IMG/VR virus record: IMGVR_UViG_3300009506_003033
Coordinates: 20,499 to 84,498 of that record
DNA length: 64,000 nucleotides
Reading direction: 5' to 3' (one strand)
Origin: a virus
Shown here: piece after piece, positions 27,881-35,899 of the stretch
How positions within the stretch are numbered: the first letter of the stretch is position 1
How the letters are laid out: every line of letters begins with the position of its first letter
Program-made: the position numbers and the translations under genes
The notes under the pieces: model-generated
Told to the model about the DNA's origin: nothing
Database searches by the model: none
The model's input: only the letters and a program-made list of their open reading frames with translations

Positions 27881-28760
27881 GACATGGCAAGGTAAGGCTA
27901 GGCCGGGCATGGCGCGGCAAGGCAAGGCCAGGCGTGGCAGGTTGGGTTCGGCTTGGCAAGGCTGGGCAGGCCAGGCTTGGCATGGCATGACTGGGTCTGG
28001 CAGGGCTCGGCGGGGCTTGGCGAGGCAGGCGAGGCGCGGCCAGGCTTGGCACGGCTTGGCTGGGCCAGGTGAGGCAAGGCAAGGCGTGGCAGGCTAGTCG
28101 CGGCCAGGCATGGCTGGATTAGGTAGGGCTTAGCGAGGCGAGGCACGGCAGGCGTGGCGTGGCGTGGCTAGGCAAGGCATGGCGTGGCAGGCGAGCCAAG
28201 GCTAGGCAAGGCGGGGCAAGGCTGGGCGCGGCAGGGCGAGGCTTGGCTTGGCTCGGCAAGGCGCGGCAGGCGCGGCAGGGCTCGGCGCGGCAAGGCAGGC
28301 AAGGTGTGGCGCGGCATGCGCGGCAAGGCAGGCGAGGCGTGACGAGGCGAGGCCAGGCCCGGCGAGGCGAGGCCAGGCCCGGCGAGGCGAGGCGAGGCGC
28401 GGCGAGGCGAGGCAGGCAGGGCACGGCAGGGCATGGCAGGGCGGGGCAAGGCCGGGCTTGGTTTGGCATGGCAAGGCTGGCGAGGCAGGCAAGGCGAGGC
28501 AGTCGTGGCTTGGCGGGGCATGGCATGGCCTGGCAGGGCAAGGCGCGGTGGGGCTGGGCAAGGCGTGGCAGGCATGGCCCGGCATGGCGCGGCGAGGCGG
28601 GACAGGGCGGGGCACGGCTGGGCATGGCAAGGCTGGCGAGGCAGGCAAGGCGAGGCAGTCGGGGCTCGGCATGGCGGGGCTGGGCTAGGCCAGGCGTGGC
28701 AGGTTGGGTTCGGCTTGGCAAGGCTGGGCTTGGCCCGGTAAGGCAAGGCGCGGCAGACAT
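27881..28760 (+). repeat. GGY-NN pentamer array 2 (880 bp)
   Basis: Continuous 5-nt periodicity, variable NN, segmented by GGCA or GGCT tetramers. Confidence 0.92.
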
Positions 28761-28762
28761 GA

Positions 28763-28800
28763 TGCTGGCGGTAAGTGCCGCCAGCAATATTTTCTTTCTC
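28763..28800 (+). terminator. Hairpin closing array 2
   Basis: TGCTGGCGG-TAAGTG-CCGCCAGCA followed by a T-rich tail. Confidence 0.7.
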
Positions 28801-28833
28801 TAACGTTCGCATAGGCGGACAAGGAGTTGTGTT

Positions 28834-29547
28834 ATGGCTAAGGCCAAATCTAGTGTAATCACGATGTCACTGTCTGAACTTGTGGAGGACATGGAATTGT
28901 ACCCGCGGCATGCTGTTGACAATGCACATGTCGCTTCTCTCGTGTTGGCGATGGAATCCGGCAGTCAATTGCCGCCGATCGTCGCTGACAAGAAATCCAA
29001 ACGGATCACTGATGGATGGCATCGGGCCAGGGCCTATGCGCGAATACATGGCCCAACGGCGACTGTAGAGGTCGAACTAATCGACTATGCATCAGAAGCA
29101 GATATGATTTTTGATGCAGTGCGACGTAATTCTGCTCACGGTCGCAAGCTCGATTCAATGGATCAAACGCGGTCCATCCACATGATGGAAAAACGAGGCT
29201 TGCAATCGATTCAAATCGCGGCTGCCTTGAATGTGCCAGAGAAACGGATCGAGAAGCTGCGGATCAAAGTCGCGAGCAGCCGATCATCCGGGATTGCTAC
29301 GGTTCCAGGCACGAAGTCGATCACGTTGAAGCGATCGTGTTCTCACATGGCCGGCAAATCATTGACAGCCGATCAAGTAAAAGTGCACGATTCGGCGCCT
29401 GGAACCAGCTATCTATTGGTTTCACGACAATTGCGAGAGGCACTGCGAGTTGAACTAGTGAATCTCGACGATGAGCGACTGGTGGAAGAACTTTGTGCTC
29501 TGCGTGACGCACTGAATGAGTACTTGGAGCAGCTTTGTGCTGCTTGA
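28834..29547 (+). CDS. ParB/Srx-like domain protein with HTH
   Basis: LYPR..LPPIVAD..ITDGWHRARA..NSAHG; IQIAAALNV. Confidence 0.8.
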   Translation: MAKAKSSVITMSLSELVEDMELYPRHAVDNAHVASLVLAMESGSQLPPIVADKKSKRITDGWHRARAYARIHGPTATVEVELIDYASEADMIFDAVRRNSAHGRKLDSMDQTRSIHMMEKRGLQSIQIAAALNVPEKRIEKLRIKVASSRSSGIATVPGTKSITLKRSCSHMAGKSLTADQVKVHDSAPGTSYLLVSRQLREALRVELVNLDDERLVEELCALRDALNEYLEQLCAA

Positions 29548-29721
29548 GGTTTAGGTCTGGGCAAGGCGTGGCAAGGCCAGGATGGGCTCGGCGGGGCGTG
29601 GCAGGCAGGGCACGGCAAGGCAGGGCGAGGCCGGGCCAGGCGCGGCATGGCCTGGCATGGCGCGGCGCGGCGAGGCAGGCGAGGCAAGGCGCGGCTTGGT
29701 GTGGCAGGCGAGGCAAGACAT
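29548..29721 (+). repeat. GGY-NN pentamer array 3
   Basis: Begins right after the ParB-like stop codon; same grammar as arrays 1 and 2. Confidence 0.9.
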
Positions 29722-29756
29722 CGCGGATATGAAACATGAAAGGTGTGGCGAATGAA

Positions 29757-29960
29757 ATGAAAACCTACACGAAAACAAAGCTACTGGCATATTACAAAGA
29801 GCTCGGAAAAACGCCGCCTAAGTGGGTGTTGGAGGCGCCGGAGAATGCGTTATTCAATCAAGGCTTGACACCATACGGTCACGTTCCGCTGTATATCAAG
29901 GGGATGCCTGCACCGAAAGCACAACCTGATGTTGTATCAATCGACTTTCCGGACGCTTAG
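29757..29960 (+). CDS. Small hypothetical protein between arrays
   Basis: MKTYTKTKLLAYY..; non-repetitive composition. Confidence 0.55.
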   Translation: MKTYTKTKLLAYYKELGKTPPKWVLEAPENALFNQGLTPYGHVPLYIKGMPAPKAQPDVVSIDFPDA

Positions 29961-29964
29961 AGAA

Positions 29965-30208
29965 GGCTGGCATTGTAGGCGTGGCACGGCCGGGCATGGC
30001 TCGGCAGGGCGCGGCCAGGCGCGGCCAGGCGTGGCAGGCGTGGCAGGCGTGGCTTGGCGCGGCAAGGATAGGCAAGGCAAGGCTAGGTTTGGCGAGGCGC
30101 GGCGAGGCCGAGCTCGGCGCGGCTGGCTTGGCATGGCTTGGCGAGGGCCGGTTTGGCCAGGCGCGGCATGGCTTGGCATGGCGCGGCGCGGCGAGGCAGG
30201 CGAGGTGC
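29965..30208 (+). repeat. GGY-NN pentamer array 4
   Basis: Same grammar; its 3' block is shared with array 3. Confidence 0.9.
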
Positions 30209-30271
30209 GGACAAACAACTCTCCCAAAACCCAACCCACTTGTTACACTATGGATAGCAAAGGAGGTGCCA

Positions 30272-31441
30272 GTGACATTGCAGGTAGAGACAGTGCCGAT
30301 TGACAGCGTGAGTCCTGATCCGGCGAACACGATGAACCATCCACCGCGGAACATCTCTGCCATTGAGGGATCGCTGAAGCGGTTCGGACTTCGTAAGCCG
30401 ATCGTCGTCGATAGCAACGGGGTCATCAGGGCCGGCAATGGGACATGGCAGGCAGCCAAGAATCTCGGCTGGCAAACAATTGATGTTGCACGGACTAATC
30501 TCGCTGGTTCCGAGGCAACGGCCTATTCCATCGCTGACAATCGCACGGCTGAACTGGCGGAATGGAACGAGGAGTTACTGGCTAGACTCTTGCCGGAGAT
30601 GGATTACGAGTTGCAACTCGCTACCGGATTTGATGAGGACGATCTGAAAGAGTTGTTCGCTGAACAATTGAACAACACGGACAGCGAGATAGATCGTGAA
30701 CCACTTATCGATAAGGCCGGAGAACTTCAGAGGAAATGGAAGGTTGAGTTGGGCCAATTCTGGCAAATTGATCGGCACCTTGTATATTGCGGGGATGCTC
30801 TTGACTGGTCTTACGAAGCAGATGGAGTTTGCACCGATCCACCGTATGACATGAGTTGCGAAACGATTCGAACGGTCGTCCGTCAATATGCAAAAGTAGC
30901 AGCTGTTATCTGTACGGGACGCCAGGCATTCAATTTAGCGAGGGATGGATGGGAATATGCAATGGACTTATGTTGGAGTCATAAATCTCCACGATCAATC
31001 AACACGAAGCGTACGCCATTGTTCTACCACGCGAATGTTGTCGTGATGAATCTGGGCGGAAACAAGACCGACTGGACGCGACCGAGGCCAAATTACGGCA
31101 GTCTATTACATCACGAATACGAGGACTGGGGAGGCCACGGCCAAGGCAAGTCGCCGAACTTATTCGCAGAAATTATGGAAGGATTTCCCTGGGAAACGAT
31201 GGCTGATCCTTTCGCCGGAACGCTTGCGACACTTATTGCGGCTCACAAACAAGGCAGAACATTCATTGGATGCGAAAAAGAGCCAAAAATGCTGGCGGTA
31301 GGGCTTGAACGTTGCAGCCTATTGTGTCCTAAGGTGTTGACAGACAAGCAGTTGAGTCGGTATAATGCGGGAAAGCTTGCTGGTGGTCAGCAAGCGATCC
31401 CGAAACATGCTCGAACTGTGAAGGAGTCCGAGAATGTCTGA
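30272..31441 (+). CDS. ParB-N domain / DNA methyltransferase fusion
   Basis: AGGAGG RBS with GTG start; PIVVD..AGNG..IADNR; TDPPY, DPFAG. Confidence 0.85.
   Translation: MTLQVETVPIDSVSPDPANTMNHPPRNISAIEGSLKRFGLRKPIVVDSNGVIRAGNGTWQAAKNLGWQTIDVARTNLAGSEATAYSIADNRTAELAEWNEELLARLLPEMDYELQLATGFDEDDLKELFAEQLNNTDSEIDREPLIDKAGELQRKWKVELGQFWQIDRHLVYCGDALDWSYEADGVCTDPPYDMSCETIRTVVRQYAKVAAVICTGRQAFNLARDGWEYAMDLCWSHKSPRSINTKRTPLFYHANVVVMNLGGNKTDWTRPRPNYGSLLHHEYEDWGGHGQGKSPNLFAEIMEGFPWETMADPFAGTLATLIAAHKQGRTFIGCEKEPKMLAVGLERCSLLCPKVLTDKQLSRYNAGKLAGGQQAIPKHARTVKESENV
31337..31366 (+). promoter_or_regulatory. Internal sigma70 promoter
   Basis: TTGACA-18-TATAAT inside the MTase 3' end. Confidence 0.55.
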
Positions 31442-32222
31442 AGCTATTTTAGCGGAATCGTTGCCGAAAGGAATTAAGTCAACCAAGATAGCGTGGACGG
31501 ACACCACGCTCAATTTTTGGATCGGCTGCCAGAAGATCAGTCCTGGCTGTAAGAACTGCTACGCCGAGCGGATTGTCAGAGATCGGATGGGTCGCGAGCA
31601 CTGGGCCACATCGCCACGATGGCGGACGAAAGCGGCATGGGATGATGCCTATCGCTACAACCGAATCGCCAAGAATGCTGGGCGTCGAATCATGGTATTC
31701 GCCAACGACATGTCTGATTGGGCTGAAGATCATCCCGATGTCAATCGTTGGCGATGGGACATGTGGCGGGTGATCAAGGAATGCCGCTGGCTTGACTGGC
31801 AGCTACTGACAAAAAGAGCCGATCGCATCGCAAGATGCTTGCCAGCGGACTGGAATGATGGATACCCGAACGTCTGGCTTGGTGTTTCGATCGAATCGGA
31901 TGATTATTGCTGGCGAGCTGATAGGCTCCGGGAAGTAAATTCTGGAATCAGATTCATCAGTTATGAACCGGCATTAGGTCCGCTCGATAGCCTCGATCTA
32001 GCTGGTATTGACTGGCTGATCATCGGCGGAGAATCAGGACCGCATTATCGGCCGTTCGATCACAATTGGGCTCGGGAGCTACGAGTACGATGCGCCCTGT
32101 CGAACACAGCATTTTTCTTCAAGCAATCAGCTGCCATCAGGACAGAGATGGGGATAGAACTTGATGGGGCAATCGTCAGGGAATACCCAAAAGTGATGTC
32201 AGATCTAGTAGGTGTGGGATAG
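31434..32222 (+). CDS. Phage Gp37/Gp68 (DUF5131) family protein
   Basis: IAWTD..GCQKISPGCKNCYA, LLTKR, ISYEPALG, IIGGESG, FFFKQ. Confidence 0.9.
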   Translation: MSEAILAESLPKGIKSTKIAWTDTTLNFWIGCQKISPGCKNCYAERIVRDRMGREHWATSPRWRTKAAWDDAYRYNRIAKNAGRRIMVFANDMSDWAEDHPDVNRWRWDMWRVIKECRWLDWQLLTKRADRIARCLPADWNDGYPNVWLGVSIESDDYCWRADRLREVNSGIRFISYEPALGPLDSLDLAGIDWLIIGGESGPHYRPFDHNWARELRVRCALSNTAFFFKQSAAIRTEMGIELDGAIVREYPKVMSDLVGVG

Positions 32223-32224
32223 TA

Positions 32225-32857
32225 ATGGCTGCCACCATAGAGAACAGGACGAACGGCGCCGACATCGCGAAGATGTCTGCGATGCAGCAGAAATTCTGCC
32301 TGGAGATGTTGGCGGACGAGAAATACAACGCCACGGAGGCTGCCAGAAAGGCAGGATATTCTCAGCCGAATACGGCCGCTTTCAAACTCTTAGCCAATCC
32401 CGCTATCAAGCGGTATCTAGGCAAGGCCAAGCGACTCAGGGAAGAGCGGACACAGCTTACAAGCGACGACATTTGGCGGCAGTTGCATCGTGCGATATTC
32501 TTCGATCCGGCAGAAGTTTTCGAGAGTGCCGGCAGGGGATGGTGGATACTGAAGGCACTGAATGACATCCCGGTCGAAATTCGCCAGCTCATTGAAGAGA
32601 TTCACATCACTACGCGGCAAGTGACGGTTCCGATTCGGGATGCGACCAGCGGGCACGTCACGGGGACGAAAGTCATCGACATGCCGTTGCCACGGCTGAA
32701 GTTCATCAGCAAGAGCGGTGCACTTGCAACAGCGGCCAAGCACAGCATACCTCAGCAGGTCGAGGTGAGCATCGACTACGAAAAGCTGTACCGATCCAAC
32801 CGCGACGAACCCAACGAGATCGAAGGGGAGATTCTCAAGATTGAAAGGGGTGAATGA
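32225..32857 (+). CDS. terS: Terminase small subunit
   Basis: QQKFCLE..NATEAARKAGYS..LLANPAI. Confidence 0.85.
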   Translation: MAATIENRTNGADIAKMSAMQQKFCLEMLADEKYNATEAARKAGYSQPNTAAFKLLANPAIKRYLGKAKRLREERTQLTSDDIWRQLHRAIFFDPAEVFESAGRGWWILKALNDIPVEIRQLIEEIHITTRQVTVPIRDATSGHVTGTKVIDMPLPRLKFISKSGALATAAKHSIPQQVEVSIDYEKLYRSNRDEPNEIEGEILKIERGE

Positions 32858-33310
32858 AGCATGAGGATTAGTACATCCGAGGACATGGCGGCATTCATCC
32901 AGGAAACGCTGTATCCAGATGCTGATAGGATGTTGGCGATAGTGAAGGAACATGGCTGGTGGAAAAGGGATCGGCTGGCCCACATGAGTGCACGATGGAT
33001 GCTGATTCATCTAATCCGAATGGAGACTTCCGACCAAGAATGTCATGCCCGCATTGTTCAGAAGTGTCGCAAGCGGTGATGTGTCTCAAATATGGTGGCG
33101 ATATCTACAAATGTGCGGCATGCGGTTCTACTTGGTCCAAGAGGTATCGTCATCGGGACATGGGTGTAGGAACTAAGAAAAAGGTGTGTGCCCGATGTGG
33201 CGAAGTGCGAGAGCACGAGGATCTCACCTATCATAGCTTGTGGTGTCATTGCGATTTGGATGAGGATTGTGATCACGGTCTGTGCGATGATTGCCTGTGC
33301 GAAGTGTTAG

Positions 33311-34798
33311 ATGGCGATGGATAACATCGTAGTCGATCCGATTGAATTTGCTCGGGTTCACTGGCCGGACATACGCTTTTACAAGCAGCAGCAGGACATC
33401 ATCTATTCTGTAGTAGAGAACGATGAGACGGTGGTGCCAGCTGGTAATGAACTGGGCAAAGACTTTGTAGCGGCATTCATCATTCTCTGGTTCTTCTGCA
33501 GCCGCCTTCCCGCCCGAATCGTAGCTACCGGTCCAAGTGAAAGACAAGTCGAGGACGTGCTATGGGGGGAAATCAAGCGATTCGTCGACACGTCAAAGTA
33601 CAAACTTCCCGTAGTCTATTCTCATATGCTCTTGAGGCGAACGAGAAGAGACGGATCCATCGTGCCAGCCTGTGAAGTACGGGGACAGGTGGCACAAAAG
33701 GGCGAATCATTACTTGGTAGACATACGCCGCGGGGACTGGGTGGATTGCCGATGACCATGGCAGTATTCGATGAAGGTTCTGGAATCGACGATATGCCGT
33801 ATCAGTCGAGTGACACCTGGGCACATCGCAAGCTCATAATTGGTAACCCGCGGCCCTGCACGAATTTCTTTTTCCATGCAGTGCAAAGTGGTGACAAGCG
33901 ATCTCCGGCGAACAATCATTATTGGCGCAAAGTAATCAGGATACGAGCAGATGACAGTCCGAACGTTAGGGCGGGGCGGGCCGGACTGCAAAAGATACTT
34001 GTGCCTGGGTTAGTCACTTGGGAAGATTATCAGAAGCGGCGTGCCCAGTGGGGACGAGAACAACAGGCATGGGGGCTCGATGCAGAATTCTACGAAGGTC
34101 CCGAACTCAAGCTTTTCCCGGCCGAATGGCTCAATCGGGCCGAGGCGGCAGCTGACGGCGGTGTGAAGCCGAAGGGACGAATTACTATAGGTAGCGATCC
34201 AGCGGAGGGCGGCGACAGCACGGTGTGGGCAGTCGTCTGCGAGAACGGACTGCTTGAACTGGTGAGCATGAAGACTCCGAATACGGCGGTCATCAGCAAC
34301 TGGACGCTCGGACTGATGCGAAAATGGCATGTGCAGCCCGAGGATGTCTATCTGGATCAAGGTGGTGGCGGGAAGGAACATGCTGACTATCTTCGGGAAA
34401 AGGGATATCCTGTACAGACGGTGGCCTTCGGCAAGCCGGTGAACGCGGACGGCGGAATGGTGACGTTTTGGGAGAAGCGGGACATGCGGGAACAAGGCTA
34501 CGGCTACAAGAATCGTCGGGCCCAGATGTACGATCTCATCAGTCAGAGATTGAATCCCGACAACGGTTCCCCGTTCGCTATAGGCAGGGAACACGCGGAA
34601 CTGCGGCGGCAACTCAGCCCCATTCCCCGCTTGTACGATGGAGAGGGTAGAATGTATTTGCCTCCGAAGAGGAAAGTGCCTCACAGCAACGTGCAGACGA
34701 TGATCGACTTATGTGGTCATAGTCCGGACGAGGCGGATGCATTGGCCTTGGCGGTATACGGGTTGTCACAGGAGCGATTCGAGATAGGGCCGATTTAG
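33311..34798 (+). CDS. terL: Terminase large subunit
   Basis: AGNELGKD Walker A, VFDEGSG Walker B, IGNP, GSDPAEGGD, SPDEADA. Confidence 0.9.
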   Translation: MAMDNIVVDPIEFARVHWPDIRFYKQQQDIIYSVVENDETVVPAGNELGKDFVAAFIILWFFCSRLPARIVATGPSERQVEDVLWGEIKRFVDTSKYKLPVVYSHMLLRRTRRDGSIVPACEVRGQVAQKGESLLGRHTPRGLGGLPMTMAVFDEGSGIDDMPYQSSDTWAHRKLIIGNPRPCTNFFFHAVQSGDKRSPANNHYWRKVIRIRADDSPNVRAGRAGLQKILVPGLVTWEDYQKRRAQWGREQQAWGLDAEFYEGPELKLFPAEWLNRAEAAADGGVKPKGRITIGSDPAEGGDSTVWAVVCENGLLELVSMKTPNTAVISNWTLGLMRKWHVQPEDVYLDQGGGGKEHADYLREKGYPVQTVAFGKPVNADGGMVTFWEKRDMREQGYGYKNRRAQMYDLISQRLNPDNGSPFAIGREHAELRRQLSPIPRLYDGEGRMYLPPKRKVPHSNVQTMIDLCGHSPDEADALALAVYGLSQERFEIGPI

Positions 34799-34809
34799 GA
34801 GCAAATATC

Positions 34810-35151
34810 ATGAAGAAAGAGATACTGACTGATAAGGACATAGGACGCACATATTATAGGGCACCACATCTGTATCGATCTTCTCCAAGTGAATTGATGA
34901 TAGCAACGCGGGCTATGGTAGTAGTTAAGGGTTCGGAGGGGCGTTTGTTTCTTGTACCACTTTATTGTCCCACCAGGAGCGACGAGCATGGCGATCCTAT
35001 AGTTGATCTGTATGAATTAGAGGAGATAGATCTATATGATACCATTGAAGAGGCGATGGAAAATGGAATTGACTCAACAAGAAACCGAATAGCATCGATG
35101 ATGACGGCGATACGAGAAGTGGAGACGTGGCTGGAGCAGCGGCCGAAATGA
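34810..35151 (+). CDS. Hypothetical protein
   Basis: AGGAG RBS. Confidence 0.55.
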   Translation: MKKEILTDKDIGRTYYRAPHLYRSSPSELMIATRAMVVVKGSEGRLFLVPLYCPTRSDEHGDPIVDLYELEEIDLYDTIEEAMENGIDSTRNRIASMMTAIREVETWLEQRPK

Positions 35152-35350
35152 ACGACGGAGAAGACGAAAATCTGAACGATCGAAGCGAAGCCTATCAGTT
35201 GGCTCTAGAGGAATACTACGAGCGACAGCGCGAGATGCGGGAGGACTGGGAATACGAGGAGGAACTGCGGAAGAAGCGGCCTGATGGGCCTTGGGCGGAT
35301 TTGATGCGGCGAGTGGGGAGGTTGATATAGCAATAAAAGGGAGCGAAAAG

Positions 35351-35899
35351 ATGACTGAACAGAAAATATCGAAGGTAGAACTAGATGTACTAGCGATCAA
35401 GGCCGATATCGCAGCATTGCGAGATTTCGTTGAGAATTTGGAGGGATACAAGGAATGGAATAAGCGCACGGCTCATCTATCATCAGTAATTGAGAAATTG
35501 ACGGTACAACTTAACAAAGATACGGCCCTCAAGTCGTTATCTACCGCTGTGTTAATGATGAACGATGAACTTTCGACGTTTCGTACCAGCTATCAGTCTG
35601 CATTCAAAGAATTCAGAAAGACATACAAAGATATGTCGGAAGAAGACAGATTACCGTCCGCAAAGCAATTGCGGCACATGGTGAGCAATGGTGGAATAGA
35701 AGAGATTGAAGAAACGATGACTAGACTGCGAAAGGAATTGATTAGCCTAGAAACAATCTATGTACTGGCAAAAATGCCTTGGTTGGTAAACGGGAGCGAG
35801 AAAGAAGAAAGCGAAAATGCCACGGAAAACAAAACAAGCCGATCCCGTACTAAACATCAATCGCGAAAGCATGCCGGAATCACAGCGCACGGCGACTGA
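35351..35899 (+). CDS. Coiled-coil protein
   Basis: GGGAG RBS; heptad pattern. Confidence 0.55.
   Translation: MTEQKISKVELDVLAIKADIAALRDFVENLEGYKEWNKRTAHLSSVIEKLTVQLNKDTALKSLSTAVLMMNDELSTFRTSYQSAFKEFRKTYKDMSEEDRLPSAKQLRHMVSNGGIEEIEETMTRLRKELISLETIYVLAKMPWLVNGSEKEESENATENKTSRSRTKHQSRKHAGITAHGD

Noticed and set aside
26917-30208. Classical CRISPR array or TIGR-Tas array
   Set aside because: No 25-40 bp direct repeats with spacers, no cas1/cas2, and no Nop-domain gene; the repeat unit is 5 nt.
26917-30208. Neutral microsatellite or purely G-quadruplex DNA
   Set aside because: Variation is confined almost entirely to two of the five positions, with regular punctuation and linkage to a RAMP gene. 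G4 formation is not excluded but does not explain the pattern.
29981-30271. N-terminal extension of the 486-aa ParB-MTase ORF
   Set aside because: Read-through of array 4; the AGGAGG RBS supports GTG at 30272.
26802-30459. Many overlapping ARQG/PCLA low-complexity ORFs on both strands
   Set aside because: Artefacts of 5-nt GGCNN periodicity: few stop codons in any frame, no RBS, and a period incompatible with codon structure.
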